A DNA stretch of 63,923 nt, the filler included, from Welwitschia mirabilis (taxonomy: Eukaryota): NCBI GenBank assembly GCA_051453625.1. It is 6 parts of one record of this genome, joined end to end, with 100 filler letters (N's around TTAATTAATTAA, not from the genome) between each part and the next. Parts side by side here need not be neighbours in the genome. Positions count along the whole stretch, not along the records: positions 18,495 to 43,569 come from JBOZIK010000001.1; 5 more parts are not named here. One strand, given 5' to 3'. The notes under the pieces are model-generated. The model did no database searches. It saw only the letters and a program-made list of their open reading frames with translations, and was not told where the DNA came from. Position numbers and translations under genes: made by a program. This document shows positions 24,501 through 39,000 of the stretch, piece after piece (positions within the stretch are counted from its first letter, which is position 1; every line of letters begins with the position of its first letter).

Positions 24501-27500
24501 GGAATATAACATGGTGCTAGTAAATGTGGGTAATAAATAACTTATTAAAACAAACACTTAATCTTAAATAATTAATGTGACTCATTTATTTNNNNNNNNN
24601 NNNNNNNNNNNNNNNNNNNNNNNNNNNNNNNNNNNNNNNNNNNNNNNNNNNNNNNNNNNNNNNNNNNNNNNNNNNNNNNNNNNNNNNNNNNNNNNNNNNN
24701 NNNNNNNNNNNNNNNNNNNNNNNNNNNNNNNNNNNNNNNNNNNNNNNNNNNNNNNNNNNNNNNNNNNNNNNNNNNNNNNNNNNNNNNNNNNNNNNNNNNN
24801 NNNNNNNNNNNNNNNNNNNNNNNNNNNNNNNNNNNNNNNNNNNNNNNNNNNNNNNNNNNNNNNNNNNNNNNNNNNNNNNNNNNNNNNNNNNNNNNNNNNN
24901 NNNNNNNNNNNNNNNNNNNNNNNNNNNNNNNNNNNNNNNNNNNNNNNNNNNNNNNNNNNNNNNNNNNNNNNNNNNNNNNNNNNNNNNNNNNNNNNNNNNN
25001 NNNNNNNNNNNNNNNNNNNNNNNNNNNNNNNNNNNNNNNNNNNNNNNNNNNNNNNNNNNNNNNNNNNNNNNNNNNNNNNNNNNNNNNNNNNNNNNNNNNN
25101 NNNNNNNNNNNNNNNNNNNNNNNNNNNNNNNNNNNNNNNNNNNNNNNNNNNNNNNNNNNNNNNNNNNNNNNNNNNNNNNNNNNNNNNNNNNNNNNNNNNN
25201 NNNNNNNNNNNNNNNNNNNNNNNNNNNNNNNNNNNNNNNNNNNNNNNNNNNNNNNNNNNNNNNNNNNNNNNNNNNNNNNNNNNNNNAATGTGACTCATTT
25301 ATTTGGATATAGTTGAAATTGAAACAATACAGTTTGTATTCATTTATGGTTGAAAATTTGTGAATCTAAATCTATTAGTTATTGTAGTTTTAGTTAGTAG
25401 TTCCTTATCTCATGTTAAACATTTTAGTTGAAATAAAAGAAACCCTAATGGTATGTGCAGAGGATGTTATGTAAGTACATTTAAGCTTAGGTTTTCTATC
25501 TTTTTAAAGGTTATGCCTCTAAACCTTCTATAAAATATGTAAGAGTAAAGATATCTATTGATGATAGGCTGTTGACTCTCTTAAGTTCATTGCTTAAGTG
25601 TTCAAATAAGTTAGTAATGTCACCAATAAATATATGTTTTTTGTGATGAAAGTAAACAATGGAAAAAGAAACATTCAATATACTTGATATTGCAAGAAAA
25701 AAAGGCATATTGGAAGGGTTTATCCTATACTAAAATACAAGGATGTCTTTAGTAAGGTTGATTCTTAGAAGATGCTGGCCTTGTGGAGGAGGCTATCACT
25801 TATTGTAGCATTAGGTTTTGTATTATTTATTCTTCTAAATAATGACAGTTGTAGTTATGAAAAGTTTTATGTTGTGTATTATTTCAAGTTTTCCTAGTTA
25901 GCATGACAAAGCCAAATTCCTAGAGAGATGTTCTTATACAAAGATCTTTCCTAGAAATGGTACCCATCCCATAGAACCTCTAGCATAGTATGTTTATATA
26001 ATTAGTTGTGAATAAAAAATTTTATATAAGTTGTAATTTCTAGCTTCTTATTTGTCAATTTGTTCATGTTAAAAAACAACTTAGAATTGTCTTTAAGAGG
26101 TAAGTCATTGGAGAGTTTTGAAGATAAATTTGTTTGTTCTTGTACTTTTATTTGAACCATCCTCTTCTTACATTAAGCATGGTAGTTAAAACTTACATTA
26201 GTATTTCTTTTATGAGTTGAAATAAAGGATTTAAATTTAGACTTAATAGTATGTAGAGGATAATGAGATCGGATTTAATTCTCATGTGAATTTAAATAAA
26301 TTACAAGTTAGTAAAATCATTTTGAAAATGGAAGGATTCAAAATTGAAAGTGAATTAACATTAACCATAGTTTAATATAAATTGAAGAATAATTTATTTA
26401 GTTTTGATTAGATCTAAATTTCTATATAAATTAGAAAATAAGGTAACAAAATAACTTGTAAGATTAATTTATTCTTAAAGATTGACGAAGAATCTGATTA
26501 AAAACTATTGAATTAAGTTAGAAAAATCCTCTTGAAAATGTATTTAACTTTATTTCATNNNNNNNNNNNNNNNNNNNNNNNNNNNNNNNNNNNNNNNNNN
26601 NNNNNNNNNNNNNNNNNNNNNNNNNNNNNNNNNNNNNNNNNNNNNNNNNNNNNNNNNNTGAAGTAAGTTAGAAAAATCCTCTTGAAAATGTATTTAACTT
26701 TATTTCATGTGATTAAAATAGATCTGAAATGTGAATTTATGATAAAAAATTTTGAATTTTAACAAGAAAAATAATGACGATTATATTGGTGAAAAATTGA
26801 TTGAAATGAAAGCTAGTTTAGTTTTTGACCCTTTAAGACATTGATTAGTTCTAGAGTTACACTGATTAGATTTTGAGTTTATGACATTTTTACTATGAAT
26901 TTCACATAAAAGAAAATGCATTAAAATATTTAAGGGATGTTTAGAAATTGCTAAAGTNNNNNNNNNNNNNNNNNNNNNNNNNNNNNNNNNNNNNNNNNNN
27001 NNNNNNNNNNNNNNNNNNNNNNNNNNNNNNNNNNNNNNNNNNNNNNNNNNNNNNNNNTTAAAATAGATCTGAAATGTGAATTTATGATAAAAAATTTAAA
27101 TTTTAACAAGAAAAATAATGATGATTATATTAGTGAAAAGTTGATTGAAATGAAAACCAGTTTAGTTTTTGGCCCTTTAAGACATTGATTAGTTTTAGAG
27201 TTACACTAATTAGATTTTGAGTTTATGACATCTTTACTATGAATTTCACATAAAATAAAATACATTAAAATATTTAAGGAATGTTTNNNNNNNNNNNNNN
27301 NNNNNNNNNNNNNNNNNNNNNNNNNNNNNNNNNNNNNNNNNNNNNNNNNNNNNNNNNNNNNNNNNNNNNNNNNNNNNNNNNNNNNNNNNNNNNNNNNNNN
27401 NNNNNNNNNNNNNNNNNNNNNNNNNNNNNNNNNNNNNNNNNNNNNNNNNNNNNNNNNNNNNNNNNNNNNNNNNNNNNNNNNNNNNNNNNNNNNNNNNNNN

Positions 27501-27899
27501 NNNNNNNNNNNNNNNNNNNNNNNNNNNNNNNNNNNNNNNNNNNNNNNNNNNNNNNNNNNNNNNNNNNNNNNNNNNNNNNNNNNNNNNNNNNNNNNNNNNN
27601 NNNNNNNNNNNNNNNNNNNNNNNNNNNNNNNNNNNNNNNNNNNNNNNNNNNNNNNNNNNNNNNNNNNNNNNNNNNNNNNNNNNNNNNNNNNNNNNNNNNN
27701 NNNNNNNNNNNNNNNNNNNNNNNNNNNNNNNNNNNNNNNNNNNNNNNNNNNNNNNNNNNNNNNNNNNNNNNNNNNNNNNNNNNNNNNNNNNNNNNNNNNN
27801 NNNNNNNNNNNNNNNNNNNNNNNNNNNNNNNNNNNNNNNNNNNNNNNNNNNNNNNNNNNNNNNNNTCAACTCTACTTTTACCACTTAAGTGCTTTAAGA

Positions 27900-29040
27900 C
27901 TTTAGCAACAGTATCTAACAAAGTTTAATGAGGAGCCAGAGGGAGGATGTGAATGCCAAAAAGGAAAGAAACCTATTTGTTATTTATGTACACCTGCTCT
28001 TCAAATTTAGTAATGCAGGTTGTATACCTACCTTTGTTGTGGCATAGTTTGCATGAATTCCATTATGTTATTCCTTCCATATTCCTTGATCATGGGTTTT
28101 CTAGTGTGTTCTGTAAATTCTTCTCTCCAATGAGCACATTGATACAAGTCCTATAATATCCAATTTTTTAATTTAAAATTGGTTTTATAAGATAAATTTT
28201 AGTCTTAAAACATGAATGATTAGCTCTTCCATGCCTCCACTGAAGTGTTCTATTTCAAGTGGCAATGTTGAAACTTCATTATGTATTATAACATATTTTT
28301 CTCCCATTGGCAAAGAGTTNNNNNNNNNNNNNNNNNNNNNNNNNNNNNNNNNNNNNNNNNNNNNNNNNNNNNNNNNNNNNNNNNNNNNNNNNNNNNNNNN
28401 NNNNNNNNNNNNNNNNNNNNNNNNNNNNNNNNNNNNNNNNNNNNNNNNNNNNNNNNNNNNNNNNNNNNNNNNNNNNNNNNNNNNNNNNNNNNNNNNNNNN
28501 NNNNNNNNNNNNNNNNNNNNNNNNNNNNNNNNNNNNNNNNNNNNNNNNNNNNNNNNNNNNNNNNNNNNNNNNNNNNNNNNNNNAACTTTGATTCTTTTAT
28601 GACATATACTTCCATCAGGTAATGTACTAAAATATTTTAAAGGCTATAGTAGCCTCCTAGATAAAATTAGAGAGGTACATCTCCTGAAGGCCTTCATAGA
28701 AGGAATCATGAATGAGGAGTAAGAGATAATAATAATAGAAAGAATATGCTTGAGGATTAACCCTCTTCTAGTAAAGGTAAAGGGTTTTGAATTTCATTAT
28801 TGAATCTCTGAAGAAATTTTCTCAAAGATAATATTCTAGTAGATTTCTGTAGAGGCTCCAATGCAAGTTGTGATTTTTAAGAGTAGCTTAAAAGGTTCTA
28901 AAAATGATAAGTAATTTAGTAGGAGATACAAATTAAATCCCAGATTAGTATCCATAATATTAAAAATGATGTTTGATTTAATCCTGTTTATCAAAAACCC
29001 AAAAGCATGACAAAACACCTTAAGAGTGGTAATCAAACAA
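27900..29040 (-). mobile_element. L1-type LINE ORF2 relic (end of RT through zinc-binding region)
   Basis: TTLKVFCHAFGFLINRIKSNIIF (ORF 28836-29036; cf. L..F...SGL.IN..KS.I.F). Then IIFEKISSEIQ**NSKPFTFTRRGLILKHILSIIISYSSFMIP…NFI* (~28830-28655; cf. EKI..RI.GWK.K.LS.AGR..LIKSVL..P.Y…NF.W), and QCAHWREEFTEH (~28100-28145). Confidence 0.7.
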
Positions 29041-32000
29041 ATTTGTATCCAAGTAAGTATAAGCTTGTCTTAAACTATGTGAGAATAGATTAATTTACTA
29101 CTTAAGTTACAAAAATTAAAGATATCAAAAAGATCTTAGTTGTGAAACATAATTCTCATGTTATTTTAAGATTAAGGTATGAAACTACAGGAATATAAAA
29201 TGTGAAAAATATATGTAGACTATGAAACCATATTACTATTAGTAATTATGATGATAAAGTGCTATCCTATTTCATTAGTACTATTATAGGTGACATTGAA
29301 TGTTTTTAGAGTTTGACACTTGCTCTTGACACAACTTGATGTTTCGATAGAAGTATCTTATCTTAAGTTGTGAGAGCATTAGTGATGTTGGTATGCAGGA
29401 TTTGATATGAAAATTGATAAGTTGATATTATTAAAATAGCCTTGATAAGCCTCTCTATTAAATATAAACTCTGATGATGTATGAGTTTATCTCTTAACTT
29501 TTCTGTAATAGTTCTATTCTTTCTTTTTTAGTAGAGATTCTATATCAATTAGTCTAGATCCATCATGGATGGATATATTAGAAGAGGTAACAAATAATAT
29601 GAAGAAAACATGCAAAAAACTTGCCATGTTGGTTAAGCTTCATGGAAAGGCCTTAATATCAAATTTTAATAACTGATTGGTAGATCATCATGCAATTGAA
29701 AAATTATCTCATGATATTACTAGTCTTCTTAAAAGAAGTGTGTAAATGTTACAAAGGCTTTTCATACATAATCCTTGATGCAGCTATTCAAAAGAATGTC
29801 TAAGTGAGTATTATGCTTGCCACCAAATGCAAGCATTTTATTACTAGAATGTTTTTAAAAGTCTAGTTTATTTATCACCAACAACTAAGTCTTTTTTCTT
29901 TTATATAGATATCTTACTATAGATTTGCAGTTACTATCCATGGAACTTTGAAAACAATAGAAGAGCTATCTACAATGTTTCCATTAGTTATAAGATATGT
30001 AGTGCTTATTTGAATTTTATTTATGATAGAACAAAGTTTATTCCTATTTGTTTTAACATCCTAATGTTTCATATTATAAAATATCTTGGTTATTCTTTGT
30101 TAAGTGCTACTTATTTCTATCTTAAAGGAAGAAAGATAATTTTGTTTTTATCTTTTCATCTTTTCATTTTTTTGATGCTAACACAAGAGATTCTATCTAA
30201 ATATTCAAGTGGCTAGTTATATCTTATTGTAAGTGTTAATTTGTCTTTATTATTGGTTGAAGAAACATGTTTGACCTATTTAAGTAGTCATCTTTCTCAT
30301 GTGAAATAAGATTTTATTCCCTTTTAGAAATGATGGTTGTCTTAGTGTATTTCTTATTTGATTTCATTGTAGTTTTCTTAGTGCATTGATGATGCCAATC
30401 TCTTTAATCACAGGGATCAGATAACCTTAAATTAGGGATATATTCAAATGCCCATAAGTCTACACAAGAAGATGATCCTGAGTTTGTAAGTCAATAATTG
30501 AATTCATAAGAGTTCAATTCAACCTTTGTCCTAAATTATATAAGTATGTCTTTATCTCCTTGTCTAGATCTTGTTTCTTACCTTATTTCCCTAAATTGAC
30601 CTAGGTTTTAGCAAGTAACAAGTTTCAAGGATAAAGAACAATGAAATTTTCATAGCTAAAAGAGAGAAGGAGATTGTTTAGGTAAATTCTACTAAGACAT
30701 TATCATTACATATGCAATATTTTGATAAATAATTAGAGTTATAGGTTTGGAATCAATAAAGGAATTACAACAAATCATGTATAATAAATCATACCCTGTG
30801 ATTGATTAAGTACCNNNNNNNNNNNNNNNNNNNNNNNNNNNNNNNNNNNNNNNNNNNNNNNNNNNNNNNNNNNNNNNNNNNNNNNNNNNNNNNNNNNNNN
30901 NNNNNNNNNNNNNNGAAATCAATAAAGGAATTACAACAAATCTTGTAGAATAAATAATACCTTGTCATTGATTATACCAATATCATCCATGGGAGAGATT
31001 TTGTTATGCATCATTTTTGCATATGCTATACCTTCATAGAAGTTAAAAAAAACTCTGTTGTAAGCTTTAGAAATTGGAATTAATAAAATTGTAAGTTACG
31101 TTATGTTCAATGGTCATGTAGGAGTTACAACTTCTAGAGACATTAGAGGGCTTCCTCTCATGCCTAGAATTTTAACCTTATTTGTAGGAGTTAAAGACAA
31201 AGGAGAAAAGGATGTTGATGTAAGAGGGAAGGCTAGACAATAGAACTAGTAATAAAGATAGAGATTTTTTCCCTAAATGGTCAACATGTTTTATAATTTA
31301 AATAGCTAAAAGCTCATTTTGAATAGTGGAAAACTAGATGATGTGAAAATGCATCTCAAAGAGTCAGTAATATCCTTCACAATAGTCAGAAAACTCAACA
31401 TCAAAAGAGTCAATGCATGCTATAGGCAGAATAAAGATACACACTAATAGTGAAAGGATGGCCCTAGATGTAAATAAATTCACTACAATAATATATCAAC
31501 ATTTAGTAATAATGGATCTGTGTTTAGTATTGGTAGACATGAGTAGTCATAAATGAATACATAGTTAGTAAATAAGGCATGCATAGCTGGTACATGATTA
31601 GAAAAGGAGTTTTTAAAAGAAAATATCATGTAGATGTTCATAAGTTATGGCACTCCATCAATGATGCTATTTGATAATGCAATGACTTCATAGCTCCATT
31701 CATAATGACATGCGGAATGTTGTTCAACATTCTAGATGTTCAAAGAAAGCTTACTACACCACATACAAGCCTTATTAAGAACTTATACATGATGTTTACA
31801 GTGGAATAGATGCTTCCAGAATAATGAGAGGTAGTTGTGGATATATAAACCTATAGGTAATGTAATAGTGCACTCAAGTGTTATACAAGCTACTCATAAA
31901 TACCTGTCCATTTATTTTACTATAACCATATATGTCTATGTTAAAAATTATCTTTAGAACAACATAATTGTTAAAGGAATTGCTTGTTAAATAGATTCAT

Positions 32001-32904
32001 ACATATATGCTATCATTGTAGAGCATCTAACATAGTTCTATATTACAGTGAGGCTTGAAGCTTTTTCTTTTTCTTTTAAAAAAAATTGTATCCTCTCTTT
32101 CTCCACTCAACATATTTAAGCCAATACAAACTTGCACCATAAAAGAACTTAAACATAATTTGTGTCATTGAATACTAATTGAAAGTTTGGAAGACATTAA
32201 ATAAGAATATCATGAAATCAAAATCCATACTAACATGTGGCTACCTAAGCAACGGATTTTAGCATAGCACAGAAAAGAAAGTTGAAAAATGGATAAAACT
32301 AAAAACTCTACATTTTGAATGAAACTCTGTAATGATTAGAAATTCAATTTAAGGATGACATTACCTAACATATGTACATGATAATAGGAACATTTCCACC
32401 ATATGGATGATAAAAGCAATTAGATAATGAGAACACGAATGAAGTATATGACTATTAATGAATGTAAGACTAGTTTTTAAAATAACAAAATCATGAAACC
32501 TTGTGATTTAAGCATTGTTAAATCATATAACTATTTCTTGTGAGTCGANNNNNNNNNNNNNNGAACCTTATAGAAGGATCTCACTATTTCCAATGATGGT
32601 GCAAAATTTGAAACACATTTGATTAGGAGTGGCATTTTCTGAAGAAGTTAGCATTCTAGATGATGTATAATGTGGATCCATCATAACTTTCACTAGATCA
32701 ATAAGTTCTACCATTACATGAGAACCATACCTCTTGTTGAAAATTCATGATCACTAGGCATGATAAAATACCATTCAAAAGGGAGTAAACCATAGGTGAA
32801 AAAGCTAAAGTGGCATAGACACAAGTTGAAAATCCATCATTTTATTTTTGCCAAGGATGCATGACTTTTTTTGGGTTTGTTTTAATAGCTATTATGGTGT
32901 TTAT

Positions 32905-33176
32905 TCCATTAAATGCCTTAAAAGCTCAATGTTTTTAGGGCATTTTTTTATAAATGCCTTAAAATAGTTTTGTAGGGGCTTTTGAGGTGTTTATTTTAAA
33001 GAACACCTTAAAAATAGTTTTGTGGAGGCTTGTGAGGCATTTATTTTAAAACCTGCCTTAACAAGATTATTATTGTTTTTATTCAAGGCATTTATTAAGA
33101 TAAACACCTTAAAAAAGCCTTATAATTAAGGTGTTTATTTAAATAAATGCCGTAAAAGTCTATTTTTCTTGTAGTG
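32905..33176 (+). repeat. CACTA right end: subterminal AAATGCCTTAAA repeats in both orientations plus terminal inverted repeat
   Basis: About 10 copies of aaatgccttaaa / taaggcattt, ending TTTTTCTTGTAGTG (reverse complement CACTACAAGAAAAA) at 33176. Confidence 0.88.
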
Positions 33177-34154
33177 GCAAAATCACTAGGAACTATCTAT
33201 CTAAGGGATCTGGGACTATACCTCTCACTTAAAATCAATCTTAGGAACAATAATGTCCAAAATTACTTACAAGAAGAGTAAATGCATAATCCATATAGGT
33301 TTAGTACTAAACCAATCTTATATTTTAGAATTTCTAAGGTTTATTCCTTATTTTTTGGTTTTGTTTTTAATCGACAGTCATGCTTCTCATAATTTTATTT
33401 TCCCTTTTTTATTTTAGAAAATAAAAATAATTCCCTTTCACTAGCCAAAATTCTTCATAGGAATAGGAGAAGGAAACATCCTCTTACAAGATGAAATAGG
33501 AGAGCGAATAAACTTTTCAATTTAAAATCTTAAATTTAGAGATAAGTTTTACATCCTTACCATCATAGCTATGAAGCCATCTTATGGATGTCTTTTCTAG
33601 TTAACTATAACATTAAAATAGACTTTTGTCAAAGAACTCTAATAGTTCTATCTTCATTTGAGGACCAAATGATTAAAGAGAAGGGAGAAAATAAGAAGAT
33701 ATTCTTAGCCACTTAGAAACAAATTAGAAAGGCAATAACATAGAGACAATTATTCTTGAAAATTATCACATAAGATAATACAATTTTGCAACATTTTATC
33801 GTAAAAGAGCTAGAGTAGTTTATCAAATTTTTTAAAGGAAACGTATGTCTTAATCCCAACCCTTTCAAGATCCAAGAAATTTTATTATACTTTGAATGAA
33901 TTAATAATATTAGAAAAGGATTAAAAGATACCTTAATAGCATTACCTAATTATTTCTTAAACATTTCTAAAAAGGCTTAAACTATAAGTTTTTAAGTAAT
34001 TAGAATATTCTTTAATGTTAAACTACTATTAGGTTTTATACTAACATAAGAATTAAGAATCCTTTAAAATAATTAATGATAAAGTAGATTATTTTTCTTA
34101 GTATTTGACTTAAAATCTCCTACTTAGAGTAATTTATTTTGTAAGGTTACTTAA

Positions 34155-34560
34155 TTGAGGAAGCATATTTCTACTAAACTCACATTGCTACTTGAAACTA
34201 TAGCCTACAAGAGCATTTGCTAAAGTAAATAAGTTGATGATTTCTAATGTTTAAGTAAGGGATTACATCTTTCAAAAATTCACATTTTTGCTTAAAGACA
34301 TAGCTTATAAAAGCATTCACAGAATTAAAGGAGGTAATGATTCCCTATTTTTAATTAAGGGATTACATTTCTTCAAAACTCACATTTACTGCTTACAGTC
34401 ATAGATTACAAGAGAATTCATATAAGTAAATGAGGTAATAATTTTCTATTTTTAATTAAAGGATTTCATCTCTTTAAAATTCACATTTGTTGCTTAAAGT
34501 CATAGTTTACAAGGATATTTTTGAAAGTAAAGGCGGTGATGATTCCCTATTTTACTATAA
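34155..34560. repeat. ~100-bp degenerate tandem repeat, about 4 copies
   Basis: taagggattacat…cacattt…gcttaaagtcatag…gaggtaatgattccctattttt recurs at 34256, 34356 and 34457, with a more diverged copy at ~34155. Confidence 0.8.
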
Positions 34561-36003
34561 GTACTTCTTTTTTTGATTAGCATTAGATTTTTTTAAACCC
34601 TTATAACTTAATTTATTTAAGTATTTATTCTTTCATTAAAATCCACTTTTACCCTTTTATTTTAGCTTCCAAAAATTCAACAACTTTTAAAAGCATCACT
34701 TACGGGGATCATTTAATTTAATTGAGGTAATGTTTTCCATTATTTCATTTATTATAAAATTCTCTTAAAAAGTAAACTATAACTTTAACATGAACTTAAG
34801 AATGAATTAGAAGTCTACTATAGTTGCATTAAATATAGTACATTAATATATTACAATAAACCGATTCCTTTGAAATTATATAAAGAGCATTTTTACATAA
34901 TTAAAATAAATTCTAGGACTAAATATTTTAACTTCTTTAGGAAATACCCTGATAGAATAACATTTATTTAACATTAAAACAAACCTAAATAAGAGTTTGA
35001 ATTATACTAAAAATTAAATATAATTACTAAAATAGATTATAACTAGACACCCAATAATTGAAAGAGCTAAAATAATACCATATATACTCTTTTTAATTAT
35101 AATAATTACTTTAAAAAATAAACTAATCAAGAAATGCATTTTTATGCTACAAACTCGTTATGTTGCTGACATTACCACTTTTAATTAGCTTAAAAACTAA
35201 CTAACCATAATAAAAGCTAGTAAGATTAAATTCTAATATGATAGTAATCAATAGAAAATTAGAAGTAGAAGGTTAATTTTTATAACCCATTAGCAAAGTT
35301 CTACAAATAAGGTTGAATTAAAAACATAAATTGCAATTCCAAAAATATGTTCTATAAGAAAGACTTTATAAGAAATAAATTCTAATCCACAAATATTATA
35401 ATAAAAAGCTATAGTTCATCTATAAGAAGGTAGATCATTAGCACTATTCTTAAATCCCTGTTTACTCTTTTAATAACCATTCTAAAAGTTTAAATACTTT
35501 TAAAATCTATTTTAGAAGAGTTTCACAGGTTTAAAATGGGTTAAATCAATTCCTACACCTATAAAAAAGATCAAACAACACTAATATTAATCCTTTCTAC
35601 TATTTTATTACATTTTTAAAGTTCATGCACTTTTAAAGGCTATCTTAAGGGAGTTATAGGTTAAGAAAAATACTAAAGAAAACAAATAAAAAGTGCTAAA
35701 AAAAAGAAAGAAATTTATAGAGAAAATTTTAGGGATGGGGATGAAGGGGGTTGAAAACATTTGTTCTGAAAGAAGGGTAAGAGGGGTTTAAAACCTAAGA
35801 TAAGGGGTAAGGAAAGTGGGTATGGGGGTTTTGGGATGGGGAGTAAGAGAAAGTAGGAATAGGAGGTGTTTAGAATATTTGAGAGGGGTTGAGAACTTAC
35901 AAAAAGGGAGATATAAATAAATCAAATAACTTAAAAATTTAACCTAGTTAATTATATGAATAAATAAAATTTTCCAGAAAAGCAAAGAAACATAAAGTGT
36001 ACT

Positions 36004-39000
36004 ATTAATTATAGTATAATATCTAGATTTAGACTAACTAAAACACCTAGTATCATTCTTTCATAGGGATGTAGGAGGTAAATTAATATTTAGGTCATTA
36101 AGGGTTAATGTGGAGGCATGTTCTCATCCACCACATGAGTGTTGGTGAGTTATCAAGGCTTCTTGATACTTTAAAACCCTTTATAAGCTTGGGAAATATG
36201 AATCTAAGTGCACAAAATCCGTCAAATAAGAGGAACTATAAATTATAAAAGTAATATGAATTAACTTACATAATTCAAGAGAACTTCACAATTAAATAAT
36301 CTTATCTAAAGATTACTTATACCATTTCTGATCATTAATAATAAAATAATAAACTTATTTTAAGAACTAGTTCCACCTAAACATTACTAATACCAATGAA
36401 AATTGTTCATTAATAATAAAAGGGCTTAAATAATTCTTGTATTAAACTTGAGAGAAATATAAGTTACATTAATGAAGGAGGAGAAGAAAAAGAACTCCTC
36501 AACTAGACATGAATCATTCTGCCACCAGGAAATAGTGTTAGAGCATCATGATGTCCTAGCCTCGAAGTATTCTCCATAATAAGCCAAGCAAAAGATGAAT
36601 ACAATAAATGGTTCAAGGCCATTTTATAGGGCAATATGGAGGTGAGGGATGGTTACAAGCTTTTGGGTTATAGCATTAGGTAGAAGAGTGGTGGTTATAA
36701 GCTCTTAGCTTACAGCATTTGGTAGAATCTTCATCATTTAGTATTAGGTAGATAAGAATCTATCTTATAGCATCAGGTAGATTAAATTATGTCTTTTAGC
36801 ATTAGGTAGAATCTTTATCATTTAGCATTTAGTGGAGGTTTTCATATATTATTTGGTAGAAACCATCATGTAGCATTTGGTGAAATCTTTGATATGATGA
36901 GTCTAACATATGGCCTTTAGAGCTAGATTCATGTACCAATCAGTGCTATCATTACATGTTTATAATACCACCTCCACATGCCTCTGCCACATGTCTTCCA
37001 ATACTCTTGGTACATGTTACCATCTCATGTTTCCATTGCCACCATTGTTTTGTATGGAATAATGCTCNNNNNNNNNNNNNNNNNNNNNNNNNNNNNNNNN
37101 NNNNNNNNNNNNNNNNNNNNNNNNNNNNNNNNNNNNNNNNNNNNNNNNNNNNNNNNNNNNNNNNNNNTACCACCTTCACATCCCTGTGCCACATATCTTC
37201 CAATACTCTTGGTATGTGTTACCATCTTATGTTTCCATTGTCACCATTTTTTTGTATGGAATAATGCTCAACTTTCACCATGTATTCCAAAAAATGGCTA
37301 AAGATCTGCAATTATCATGAAGAAGAACATAATATTAAGTTTTATTTTAAAAATAACTAAAAAAATCATTTTATTATAAATCAATAAATTAAGTATCTTT
37401 CTTTATGTAAATTGATCAATTATACTTGCTTAAAATGTTAATTTTAACTTGCAAACACACCCCCTGACCAGTCTTTTGCTAGACCCTTTAGTAAAAAGAT
37501 GGTAAATAAATGATGAAGCATGAAAAAATTGACTAAGTGAAAATGGAAAGTAAGGAAATGATATGACATTTGTGAAAAATTTTGATTAATTTTTAATAAT
37601 TAAGACATCAAAATTAAAAAATTCCATAAAAACGAATACCATATCCCTTAATGTAAATTAAAATTTATTCTCAAAGTTACAAAGATGGAAAATTTATGCA
37701 AGGCTTAAAGAATACATTAATTATGCTAGTATTTGATGAATGTATTGATGGAAAACCACACATGCAAGGCTTAAACTAAAATGCAATTTTTAAAGAACAT
37801 AAAACATGAAACCAAATGAAAAATATATTATCTACAAATTTAAAAGATAGAATACCTAAGTTAATGACTATATTTAATAAAAATTTCATGAATTTTATTG
37901 TAAATTTAATGTATCAAATTATTAAACAAATAAGATATCCTCTAAGTCAACCTACAAGTTAACAAAAATTAGTTAAGCAAATTTTTAAGTATATAAGCTA
38001 AGAAAACTAAACAAAAAAAGCATTTCCTAAGTCCACCTTTTTCATTTAACTTTACCTTTTTTACAATCATGCCTTTTTTCTTATTTCAAGCATCTTGATT
38101 AATTTGAGCATTTAGTGTTATGACATCTCCTTTTAATAGAGTTAAAAATATTGATTTAGAAAGGAGTTAATGCTACATCACTAATGAGAATTTATAGCCT
38201 CAATGTAGTTGAACGTGTTATAAGTTAAATCATTAGAGCTGCACTGTCCATGAGCATCTATAGCCCTGATATAGTTAACCAAATCTAATTTAATTAATTA
38301 TTAAATAATGTGCTTTTATATTTTTTTAATATAAATCATCATTCTCATATGCCCATAAGCATGCTTAAAAATAATTCACATAGCATTAAAGTATATTCCA
38401 CCTTAATTCAACCATATTTTCCCATTGGAAGATCTTAAGTGAAACTAAAACTTAACAAGTTAACTTGAAAATAAGTAAAACTTATTCTAAAAAAACTATA
38501 GCTAAACTTAAATTCTACCTAATTTACAATAATAAAGTAATTACTTGTTAATGGTTTATTCAATTAGGGCCATCAACTAGGATCATCTATCCAATGAATT
38601 TATGGATAGATGGAATTGGAGAATAGTTAGTGAAGTTAAGGAGATGAAGTAATAAAAATAAAAGTGGTGGAAGGTGAAATCAAAAGTAATTATGATTTAT
38701 TCAATGGAGTGAATGATATTTATGATTTCCTTCTTGAAAATGCTTAAGACAGTGATTGTACAAGTGGAAGTAATTGCAAAGTCTTAGATAAGAAAGAACA
38801 TCAAGCACAATATTTTTAAGAAGTTTTAATTTTCTTAAACCAAAATTTATTCTAAAGGAAAAATTCACACTAAGAAAAAAAGTATAATATAAATGCACAC
38901 AANNNNNNNNNNNNNNNNNNNNNNNNNNNNNNNNNNNNNNNNNNNNNNNNNNNNNNNNNNNNNNNNNNNNNNNNNNNNNNNNNNNNNNNNNNNNNNNNNN

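Larger units (their letters stand above)
23600..33176 (+). mobile_element. Decayed CACTA transposon (TnpD-like fragments, subterminal repeats, right TIR), interrupted by a LINE
   Basis: ICVRC…HLT*KKRRGM…IW..H (~23700-23830; transposase-associated domain-like); SIDDRLLTLLSSLLKCSNKL (~25555); GLSYTKIQGC (~25718; cf. GLGYEKIHAC); LNINSDDV*VY (~29460); FNN*LVDH and KCYKGFFIH (~29660-29770). Ends in a TIR at 33163-33176. Left TIR not identified. Confidence 0.65.

Noticed and set aside
36650..36890. Repeat-spacer pattern resembling a CRISPR array
   Set aside because: Repeats are only ~14 bp and degenerate, spacers are short and related to each other, no cas genes are present, and it lies in a plant LTR.
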